This document shows positions 24,061 through 35,302 of a DNA stretch of 64,000 nt, in pieces (within the stretch, counting starts at the first letter, position 1; the number at the start of each line of letters is the position of its first letter). This DNA comes from Marsupella aquatica (taxonomy: Eukaryota > Plantae > Marchantiophyta). The stretch spans positions 15,996,576-16,060,575 of the forward strand of contig OZ316896.1 of NCBI GenBank assembly GCA_973895155.1, read 5' to 3'. A program made the position numbers and the translations under genes. The notes beneath the pieces are model-generated. The model had not been told where the DNA came from, made no database searches, and saw nothing but the letters and a program-made list of their open reading frames with translations.

Positions 24061-27000
24061 ATGGACGACGTCAGGGGAAGAGCGGCGGGAGAGCAGCAGA
24101 CGCCTCCCGGCAGTCCGGACTCTGTTCTAGACCGTCAACTGCTGTTAGTTTCGGAGGATGACAACGAAGGGCCTTCATCTAGAAACGACTCGGAGGACAT
24201 CAAACTCATTGATCCTCGTGAGCTGAGGTTTCACAAGTCTCGCAACGACGCTTGGATTGTGGTCGATGGAGAGGTTTATGATGTCACCTACTTTCTTGAC
24301 AATCATCCAGGGGGATCGGAAGTAAGTAAAATTAAGCTCCAGCCATTTTAATATCAACGATGGTTTAGCTTCGACTCTCAGAGCTGCCGTTTTTCTGTGC
24401 GAGCCCTGATAGTTGAGTTATCTTGGCGGCTTGCACTGATACCTCTCCACTCCAGAGAAATTGCGAGCATTGGAATATTGGAACTTTGTACTCATTTGAA
24501 GATCTGGAAGCATCGTTTGGGAAACAGAGTTGTGTTGGAATTACGTGATGGCGTAGTCTTTTATTGAAAGACATAATGTATGACATCACCTTCAAAATTT
24601 TGCCAGCCTTTTATTTAACTCTTTTCCTCGGGCAGAGCTACTGAATATATTGCATTGGCTGGTAAGGTGGACATTCTTGCCTCAACTCACATGTTCCAGT
24701 AATTTTATACACACTTCGTTGCATCTTTTTGAGGGTGTACTTACGTCTGCAATTCTGGAGTGGATGTCAGATCCTTATGGAGCATATCTTCAATGAGGAC
24801 GTATATCACGTGATGCGAGGACTACACAACAATTCTGAGGGCCACTCTCATAGCGACGCTGCCTTTGATATGCTAAAGCAGTTTCACGTCGGAAGATTGT
24901 CAAGGTGCTGCTTGATTCCCTGTAAATGACGCTAGTAATAAGTTAGAACTTAAGCAAGGATTTGTGCTCCACATTCGTTTTTCGGGAGGCAGAGAGGCAA
25001 TCAGCGAAAAACCCAATGACCGTGTTAACTTCTGGCTTAAGGATCTAACTGCTAGCTTGAACTGTCTGTGTTTAAATGCCTGCAGTAAGGCTTCTATATC
25101 AGCAGCAGCAGCGAGACTGCCAGAGAAGAATTCCACATCCTTTGAAGTGGACCTGACCAAGCCACTTGTCTTTCAGGTAGATAGACTCTGAAGTGCTCAG
25201 CGCTAAAGAGTCAATCTGAGTAGGGACAACTGAACAACCCGACGATTTTCTTAATTGCTCAAACTATATTAGCTGTCTTTGCAGGACTCAAAACAGGATC
25301 ATATAATACTAATAGTAGTAATGGCAGTAGCACTGGTGTCTCATGTCTCCATACGTTGTGCAGGTTGGACATCTTGGGAATGACTATCATACGTGGGTGC
25401 ATCAAGCAGTCATTACTAAGGAGACACCATATTTCTTTGAGAACAAATTTTTGGAGGTTGGTTAAAGCAGTCAAGTGGAATTCTAGATTTGTTTTGTATT
25501 GTATTTGGAAATCTCTTGTCTCACTGATAACGTCCACATCCAACATCATTGATGCGAGATGGATCACACAGGAAGGCTATCCTTCAAAAGTTTCATGAGA
25601 TAAGACATGAAAGGAGAAATTCGTTAAGTCAACTGAATGTTGTGTAAGGCATGTCCTCCTGAAGGTTTTTGCAGTTCTTGCTCCATGGAAGATCAGCCAG
25701 TTTCTTCTTGTAAAATAGACCTGAATTGCTTGTTGGTAATGTTGTGAAAGCAGTTCAATACACGGACAGTCTGGTGGATCATACCCCTGATTTGGGTGCC
25801 AGTCGTTTGCTGGACGCAAGTTCTAGCTTATAAAAGGGGTTTACCGCTGTCCACATTGCCTACCACCCTGATTACTGGAATGTTCCTATGGTCCTTCATA
25901 GAGTACACACTGCACCGATTTCTCTTCCATATAAAAACAACAGGCTACTGGTGAGTGTCATTTATTTATGCCTTATAATGCGATGGTTTTGGATTACAGG
26001 CACTGCCACTACTATCCCCCATTTCAGATACGTAACTTTAGCTGATCCTACACGTGGATAGTTCTTTGAGACAGCCGCAATATATCTCTTCTGACTTTTA
26101 AAGTGATCAACTGTTTATCCCCGAACCAATCTCTTTCAACAATCCGACCTACGTTGACTTAGCTTTGATTCGCTCAATACTGGAGATGGTTCTCCCAGCA
26201 CTCCACTTGTCCTACTTCCTGGCCTTATAGTATAGATCTTACATTACGAGACAGCTTAGATCATATCAGCCGGGGGGAAAGATCAGTCGCTCATATCCCC
26301 CCGGCTGATGTGATATGAGCGACTGGGCTTTCCCCCCGGCGTAACTCAGGTTACTCAATTTCTTTCTCATGTACTGGAGCTTTGTCTTTCGCCGCACTCT
26401 TTCCCTTGAACAGGCATTCCTCATGACTGCTCTGCATCTCTATAAACTTCTCTGGGTGACCATAGCTTCTCAATATGACACATTGGTGTGCAAATGCATC
26501 AACCTAAAAATGCAACTCTCATAAATTATGCGCTATTCAATTCAATACAACATGATAGACTTCCCCTGTAGTGGCCTTGGTCGTCTGCCATTTTGTATGT
26601 TATATTATACTGTCCCCATGGTTCTTCTCAGAAGGACACGTTGGTTGCTTTTGGGGGTTTTGTTTTTCAGACTCCGGTTTATTTGATTTTTGTTCTTTGT
26701 ATGGACCTGATGATGCCGACACTAGAGTTTCTGACAGTTCTATTCCTTCGTGTGACAGGTCTAACACTGGACATTATCTGCTACATGGTTGTCACCACAA
26801 GTTTCCACTGGATGGTTATCGTCTTGTGTTCCCTCCAGCTGGAACAAGTATATTCTGTGTTCTGGTGATTTCCTCAAACTACTATCAATATGTCTGTCAC
26901 GGATGCTGTTGCTACGGAAATCCGTCGTTGAAAGAATGCCAAGTAGTATCCTGGCCAAAAAGCTTAGGGATGAAATTCTCTTATTTTCATCGGGTGGCAC

Positions 27001-27609
27001 GAAGGACACTTTCGTTCTGTGAAAACTTTCTAATGAGTTGTAATAATGTGCTTTGTAATTTCGTAGGGCAAGTGAGGTTGTATTGTTGTTGTTGTGCACT
27101 ATACGATGTCCACCTAAACCATCTTCTTTCCCGTTAAGGAAAAGTTGATGAAGTCGTATGAGAAAGAAAGATGAATTAGTCTGATGTGGTTGATGACTTT
27201 GGAACAGTTCTGGAATGTCCTCAACTTTGCATTACCAGCTGTTGTTGCTCCATCCATCTTTGGTGGAGGATTACTGGGTTACGTAATGTATGACCTCATT
27301 CATTATTTCGTGCATCATGGTTCTCCCTTCAATGAAGTGAGCCAAAAGCTGAAGGTAGTAGTACGTTTCTACTTTCTTCTGTTCATTCTGATTGTGCTCA
27401 CTAGTATAATTCGTTTTCTTTTTGCATGGATGCCTCCAAGAATACTCATGTCTCCAAGACATTACTACTAAATGCTTACCCTGATATATTGTGTTATGCA
27501 GAGGTATCACCTAAATCATCATTTCAAGGAGCAAGCAAACAGCTTTGGGATCACTTCTTCTTTGTGGGATTGGGTGTTTGACACACTTCCTCACGTGAAA
27601 GTCGCTTGA
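24061..27609 (+). CDS. FAH: Sphingolipid fatty acid 2-hydroxylase with N-terminal cytochrome b5 domain (Scs7/FA2H architecture). Exons 24061-24321, 24771-24904, 25086-25176, 25364-25456, 25754-25950, 26759-26864, 27208-27354, 27502-27609
   Basis: Cyt b5 motifs HKSRNDAWIVVDGEVYDVTYFLDNHPGG and HSHSDAAFDML. Hydroxylase motifs VDLTKPLVFQVGHLG, EYTLHRFLFH, HYLLHGCHHKFPLDGYRLVFPP, YDLIHYFVHH, YHLNHHF and FGITSSLWDWVFDT. Confidence 0.95.
26261..26340. other. GC-rich nested inverted repeat in FAH intron 5
   Basis: GCCGGGGGGAAAGATCAGTCGCTCATATC pairs with GATATGAGCGACTGGGCTTTCCCCCCGGC (27/29). TCATATCAGCCGGGGGG also pairs with CCCCCCGGCTGATGTGA. Confidence 0.85.
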
Positions 27610-28099
27610 TCTGACTCCTTGAAAGTATGTTAAGGCTTCTGATGGATATCAACAAATGATCTCAGCCGAACATTGTTTCCTCATGAGCCGATAGCTTCAA
27701 GTAGACCTGCAAGTCCCGTGTCCTCTCCAGGAAGTCTTTTGGTTCACAATGATGTGCAAAGGACTCCAGTATTGTATGGGGATCCCTAGGTCTAATCAGA
27801 GGAGGAGATTTCAAAGAAATGGGAATCTATTCACTTCAGATTGTAGGTCCCTCGTCCTCTGTGGACCCTTTTTGACATTGATACGATTGAATACAATGCA
27901 TTTTTGGAGTAGAATTTAACTCCATGGGTATGCCAAGTTCTTAACCCAAACAAGAGTAAAGAATCGTGTACTCAACAACTACCCTCGTGACTGAGTTGGC
28001 CATTGGAATTTGAATCATTTACAGAAAACCAACTGTTGAGGTGGGTAATGGTATTAAGTCCGGGTGAATCCTAAGTGCTAGGAAAGCTTCTAGGGCGAG

Positions 28100-29000
28100 T
28101 GAGTCTTGTTGACAACATGAGATGTCTACATACATGACAATCATCTTGAAGCACTTCCGTGCATTGTGTAGGAAGCTGAAGAGTTTGAAACATAACGAGC
28201 AGAATCTGGTCCTTTTGTCATTGTAACTTTCTCCCCTCCGATGCAGGCTGGGCTGCTGAGGCCGACCACATCTACACCTGTCAAACAAAGCAACCTGTCA
28301 GTCATATGTGCCATCAGCAGCCTACCCATATAATGAAGAGTGAGATCCACAACTTGTTGGCATGTGGACCAATACCAGGATGAGTGGGAGATTCCTCTGA
28401 ATCTGTGTTGGTTTACACACAAAATCTGTACAAGGGCCATGTTGGTAGTGGCTCCTCCTACAGCCCCACTCGTCTGATATGGATGTAAACACATGAGAGT
28501 AACGAAGGTCCAACTGGTGTTGGATAGAATGGTCACAGCCATTTGTCAAGCACATTGGGAGGCGGTCTGCAGGTACAAAGGGCATCTTTCCATTCGCCCC
28601 CTTTTCGAACCCTACCCCCTTGGTGTATTTTTAATCTGTTCCCAGTATCACTTACACAATGTCAGGGAAGGCTCGAAGATCTGAAGGTTCTAATACGCAC
28701 CCCAATGATTGTGTTCGATCTGCTGGCAACATTATGGAAAGCAAACACAGCTCCATGATTATATTTGATAGGATCTTGGCTCCTTTTGAACACTTTCACC
28801 GGCCTATCCATTGAGCTGCTGTGAAAGCCCAGGTGACGATATCTGCCTGGTCATTGACAAACACTGAAAAAGGAGTTTTTCTACGTAGGTTGCGTACATG
28901 CGGTGAAGGTGACTTGGTCTTTCTCTACCCTGAGACAGGTGTAAGATCTTTTAATTTTTTTGGGGTTAGTGTAAACCTCGTGACTGATGTCTCTGTTGGA
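28100..29000 (-). pseudogene. Possible decayed Mutator-like transposase 3' remnant (boundaries approximate)
   Basis: Minus frame 28267-28151 reads GRP..basic..KRTRFCSLC-x7-HNARKC, resembling the GRP plus CCHC knuckle at MULE transposase C-termini. A CTC motif lies upstream. No intact DDE core is seen. Confidence 0.35.
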
Positions 29001-30702
29001 AAGAAGACTCAGAGATTGCCTATGGCATGCCTTTCTAAGGGGTCTGGTAAGTAGGTGCTACATATATTTAGAACACAGGTGCCACTATAAAGGTCCCTGC
29101 TACTAATAAGTCACTCTTCATTTGCCTAGGTGAACTGTAGACCTATCTCGCAGGCTTTCCAACTCACTTCCCCAACACATGACCTTTGTTCCCAAAAAAT
29201 GTTTTTTGGGTGATTTCCAAAAAAAAATTGAATAGCTTTTGGATGCATTTCTTGGTGGAACATTCTGAGCAGTACATTGCCCCCTATGGTGAACTAATGG
29301 GATGAGTACATTGCCCCCTATGGTGGATTATTGAGATGGCACAAATTCCTATCAATTTGTGATGAAAATTGTAAGAAATTCTTTACCCGTTTTTGCTTAA
29401 ATCGAATGCATTTTATTACGAAATGACAAATAAAATACAAAGCACTGGGAGATTGGGCGATCGCCTACATTAGAGCTATGGGACACCCTTGTCAGGAACA
29501 GGAAATTTTCCGAGGCTCCTGTATGGTGGGACACTCTTTGGCTATCTTCTCTCATTCATTTTGATTGAAATATATTTTTATGTTAATTTGGCCCGGTCCA
29601 TCATGCATTATTTACAATTTAGTCATTTTTTGGCATCCCCTTTAACTTTTTTAAGTTCCTTAGTTTTTAGTAGGTCCCCATTTTTTTTAAAATATTTTGA
29701 ATAGCATTTTGAGGGGCATATTTCCTTACTTGGATGAGAAGTTGGACACTTCAACCAAGCAACTACAGTGATACACTTTTCATTGATGAGTGCACCTTAT
29801 ATTCCATTGGTTATAGTATTTACATTGTTCATGGTTTATTCATGAACAGGTGTCACCTAAATAAAGAACCCAAATAGAGCAGAAATTTTTCAAAAACAAA
29901 GTTCAATAGCTCACGCTCTTTGAATCATAAAGTGCTGTACTTATACAAATACATTGACTAGTACCTAGAAATCAATGCACATGTAATATTATACTTTTCT
30001 CACTTTTAAAAAGGTATGTAGGTTTTTCATTAACTTTCTTATAATCATTTTTTAATATTTGTTTTTCATAAACTAGTGAAATTAAAATGTCTCCTCATTT
30101 CCATTTTTTTAGATAAGTCAAAATAGGCATGTAGTAGGATGAACATGCTATAATCAGGAACAGGTTGTCCGCTTTTACTGTACCATGTGTCCAGGGTTAC
30201 AATTACAACTAATAATGCATGCTTAAATGTTAGATACTTAAACATGATCATTTTTTGCTTCTCTTTTAGGGGGCTTTACAAGAGGGTGGGGGCCATTCAG
30301 TGTATCTCAGTCCAAAGTAGAGGGACAATTGCACACACGAAAGTTAAAATGTCTGAGTCAAATGTGTCAGATCTCGAGATAATAAATACAAAAACCCTTA
30401 ATAGAAATGGCCCCTTGATCCACTCTTTTATATCAGGTCCAGAGGAGGTCTAAGCTTTTGACAAAATAACATGCACACATCAGCTACAAAGGGACTCACA
30501 AGGGGCGCACTGGCAAATGACTAGGTTCAGTCATGGCTTTTCCTGATTATGTCCCAAGAGTATGTAAAGTGAAGTGTGACCTGTTCTCACATTTGAATGG
30601 CTAGGATTGCATCTCACCCATATTTTAAAAATGATTTCTGCCACTGAGTTCTTGCAAAGCCTCCCTTGAAAATGAAAGTGATGACAAGCCTCTTTTTATA
30701 AA

Positions 30703-30723
30703 GGGGGGGGGGGGGGGGGGGGG
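30703..30723. repeat. Poly-G tract (21 G)
   Basis: Uninterrupted G run. Confidence 0.95.
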
Positions 30724-32476
30724 AGGACGTGCAGTGATGACCAGCAACTGACTAAAGTCCAAAAAGACTTGTGGCCAAGGGCGAACCCATGTGGAGGCTA
30801 CAGCTTGACCCAGGGCAAGCCAAGTCAGCAACCTGAGACGTTGTTGGGGTCTTCATTTACATATCTGAGAACTCTACCTTCCTTTTTCACATACTAGCCC
30901 CAAGTATCCCTTCTTTGAGTGTGAATAGTGGGGATGACAATAAAAACATCACCAAAATATATTCATAATTCACATTCTTTGAAAGTTAATGAAATGATAA
31001 AAAATAGTCATGCAAGTAGTCATTTTAATAATCATATATAACATACCATATTCTCTTCTATGCATATCCGATTTTCTATACACATATGTTATGGTCCATG
31101 TTTTAATGTAAATAGGAATCATGATAAAACGTATACATGTTTATCATTTGACATATATCATGGTCATGACTTTTCCCATCTACATGATGAGCCATGGAGT
31201 TACGGTAACCTCTAGAAACCTAGGTTCCAACTCTAACTTGTAGTTGACGCTTTATAAGTAAAATTTCAGGAAAGTCCTACATAAACTGATCCCGTTTACT
31301 ATGAACTGGTCTTTACTCATCATGCCTATGTTTTATTTGGGTCCTTGTTTCAACTCTTCGTACTGTATCTCATTTCTGTTCAGGTGGTTCCCAATTCATA
31401 GCTGTAGGATTCACCAGGAGTTGTTGTAGGGGGGTGGGGGCGCTCAATTATGGAGACTGGAACCTTGGTCAACAGGCCTCTCCCACCCGTTTGACATCCT
31501 CTAATAATGTGGCAAGTTCCTACTAAACTATATATCACACTGCCAAAAGAATGAAAACGCCTAATTGGGTGACAGGAGACTCAATGGGGCCTCCCAAACC
31601 TTCTGTCCTGCATCATAGGAATTCCCACTAAAGTTTGGCAGCCACAAACCAATACTTGAGTCTCCCCCAAGGTAATTAATTACTGTAGGTTGTGAACTAC
31701 ATATGAGCGTCGTCCAAAGTTCCTATGAACGGATCTCCTTTCTAGTCAGCAAAGCCACCAAAGTAACCAACCCTTCACGGAGCCCTTCAAGTTTGGCCAC
31801 GATACAGCGCTAGAGTTGGCACAAGTTTTCACAGCGATCCCGACAATCGCGTTGCGAAGAGAATGTGGCGGGCCCTCCAAATTTCGCCCGCGGCCCGGCG
31901 AAGTCCTAAAGATGGCACGAGTAACTTACAGTTCCGACATTCGACAACCCGAGAATAGTCATCCAATGAGCAGCTGACGGTGAAACCGGATCATTCTTAA
32001 TACTTTCACTCCGCATTTAGACTGTGGGTAACTAAGGTGATCCGGGACATGCCGCAGGACGCTGGTCGGTAATCTAGGCTGCGGGGCAATTCCCGACCGT
32101 CGAGGCAATTCCCGACCATCGAGAAGAGCAAAGGAAAGACGCGGAGGGGTGAAGACAATTCCCGATCGCGAGGAGAGGAAAGGAACGATGCGGAAGAGTG
32201 AACTGTGAAGACAGTAGTGAAGGTACCGGTAATTACAGACCGGTTGACTCGTTGACTGAAACTGCGCGCTGGGTACGAGCGAAGGGGAAAGAAAACTTCC
32301 GACAGGCTCACAGGCGACAGTCAGGCGTCTGTAGTTTACTTTTGCCCCGACGGACCTTTTGGATGGATGGTTGTCGGGTCCGGTCACCGACCACGGACTG
32401 GTCCTATGTCCGTCCTCGGCTTTTCTCATTCCGGCCACATATCGGGGGGACGATTAGGTTGGCACAGAGCCACAGA

Positions 32477-32618
32477 TGATTAGTTTTTCAACTCCAATGC
32501 AGGATGCATTTCCCCGGGGATCCTCTTATGGGGTTCTCGTGGGAGCCTGATTAGTTTTTCAACTCCAATGCAGGATGCATTTCCCCGGGGATCCTCTTAT
32601 GGGGTTCTCGTGGGAGCC
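32477..32618. repeat. Exact tandem duplication, 71 bp x2
   Basis: TGATTAGTTTTTCAACTCC...CTCGTGGGAGCC at 32477-32547 and 32548-32618. Confidence 0.95.
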
Positions 32619-35302
32619 TTACTACTGTAGATTTTTCAGGTTGTTGGTCCCTAGAATTTTAACTGTTTTGCCGTTGTTTGGGAAACTCTTTAAGTCTTGG
32701 GCTTTTTGGCATTCATGGGTTTTTCCTCTGGTTTTCACCATTTATTGCGTTTCTTGCCGTCTTTTACTTAACTCCGTCCCTCCTGGTTCGTTACCTAACT
32801 CCCTTACCCCCTTGGTTAAGGGTGGACAAGGGTGTTGAGGTTAAATTGTGGATGGTCCCATGGTGAAAATTGACAGGATGTTGACAATTGGATCATTCCA
32901 AGTTCACCAAAGTTTTTTTTCAGTCACAAGTGAAGAAAGCAACATAGTCATTCAATAAAAAAATGGCAATGTAATAAATCTTAACTACTAATAAGTGCAT
33001 GAAAAATTGCCTATGTGTTGTCAGATCACTTATGAATGGTAGACTGAATTGGAATGGTGGACATGGAATTATGACTTATGAATGGTGGACTGAATTGGGA
33101 CTGAACATAATTTTGTGGAACATTCTGATGTGATTTATCATAGCATCATTGCTGTAAAGTTAGAAAATGAAATAAATATACTTTGTTTTGTCTTGAACGG
33201 AAACTTTACTGGGGAAAATAAAGGGAGGATGGATAAGGCACGGTCTTGGCCCGCCAATCTATGTTTTCATGGCCAAAATTGGCAAGATTCCACCTCTCGT
33301 GAAAGTATTCACCAGTTTTGGGTAAAATAAAACAGCTAAAATTGGCTAGATTATCTGTATTCCAGTAACTCGTCTCACACCTAGCCACAGAACCCCTTGG
33401 CCTAAATCCAATGACCATCCTAAAATCTGGATCTCACAATTGAAAATCAATCTAGGAAAACTAGATAAAGAATATCCATAACATCTTCTCTTTCAAACTA
33501 GGTGGATAAGCCACAGTGGAAAAACAAGAAAAACCTTAAAATTACGCTCCTGTCCATCTCCATGGATTTGCGTTGAATCTTATTAGCGAATTTGCTTAAT
33601 TTGCTTAAGACCAGGTGCACTTAGATGGAATTTTTGGAAAAACACCCTTCTATATAAAGAGACCACTGGAAATTAAAAAATGACATAGAAAGAGTTTATT
33701 TTGTTTGACACTTTACAGAAAGTAAAAGAGACCACGTTTGGTGGGAATTGCGCATCTTTGACATTGCTCTACAATCTGGAAGGGAAACAAATAATAATGA
33801 ACCTGATCGTCCCTCCGTGCCGTGCATTCCATTATTCAGGCAGCTTCAAAGCACCGCCGGGAAGCGAGCAAGAGAAGGGGCCTCGTACCAGTCTCGTCAG
33901 AGCAAAGCAGGTGAAGAAATGCCGTGAAGCTGAATTTCCTCGCAGTTCGGGGAATTGCTCGAGCTGACTCCGTGACTCTATGTCCTTCAGGTTCTTTTGG
34001 GTTGCGATGCAAGAAGGATCCGACAACAATCGCACAGCAGCATTGCGCATCAGGAGTAAGTTATTGGTTCACTCTGCTGCGGATGGCTGTTCTGCTCTCG
34101 TGGCGATTGCTGCTGACGCGAAAATTTTCACAATAATCATGAGAATCGATAGGCTTCGTCCTCTCGCCGTTCTTTGCATCGCCGCCCAGTGCCCCGTCCT
34201 GCACCGCGCTGTGCTGCTTGCTCCCGGTAGCGTTATTGTCATACCCACAAAGCGGTTCTTTCTTGTCAAGAGCGCTCTGGTTCGGTGTTTTCGTCACTCT
34301 GTTGTTCATTGGCGCTATCTTTCTGCCTACTAATGCTGAAGTATTCACTCGGGCCGCTCTCTCTTGCCCTTCTCACTGCTCGTTGTGCTGCTGCAACACC
34401 AATTTTGGAACGTCCTTTAGCAAACCCAGCTAGCCGACGCACAGAAGTCTTGCATTGCATTACGCGGAGGGTAGGTGGTGTGAGCTGCCACAGACAAGAG
34501 AGTGAAGAACGGCATTGCATTTGGGGGAGTGCGGGGCTACTCAGCTTGAAGGCTACCCTACCGTCTCTCTCTTGTTTTGGTGTTTCTCGGGAGTTGGCTA
34601 TTCTGGACAATGTGTGGCACTAGACGAATCTGTTCACCAAGAAGGTCGTTTTTGTGATCAAGATAGGAACTTGCAGGTGACATGGATCGACTAGGCAATG
34701 CGCTACAGGCAATGTGGGATGTGGTGTGGTGCTATCGCGACTGTACGGGACGGTAAAGGGCATCAGGAACGAGCGAGACAAGGTGGGACACTGCACACCA
34801 TGGCATTTCGCCACAGGGCCCGACGATTAGTCGATACCTTTGGATACGGTCTAATGGCAGGTCTGAAGAACTACAGAGGTCTTGAGATTGATTTTCTGTA
34901 ATCGGAGCTGAACGGCTGCTGTCCACGGGTAGCATGGATACCCGGCTGAAGTTTATTTGTATTGCTGGGGGCGTACTTCGGTTCTTGCTGCAGCTCAGCT
35001 TGAAGTCGTAGGCGGAGCTTCTTCCTTGAGCATAAAGCTGGGCATCTATCCATTCAGTCTGTAGCACAGCTGCAGCTGAGCGCCCTCTAATAAGCATATC
35101 ATGTCCTAGGACATTCTTGGCAAACGTGGATAGTTTTGCGGTTAGTTCTATCAAAACTTCTTGTCGACCCAATCTCTGGACGCAAGCATTGAGCAGTGTT
35201 AAATCTTCCAACTGGAAGAATTTTTATATCTGCGTTATTCGGATTTGAACTTTGCAAAGTGAGGAAAGATCAGTGAGATAAGCAGTGGGGAGCGAAATAA
35301 GA

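Noticed and set aside
23961-24161. ORF with REEKR repeats
   Set aside because: Translation of the (AGAAG)n microsatellite from a non-ATG start, overlapping the FAH exon out of frame.
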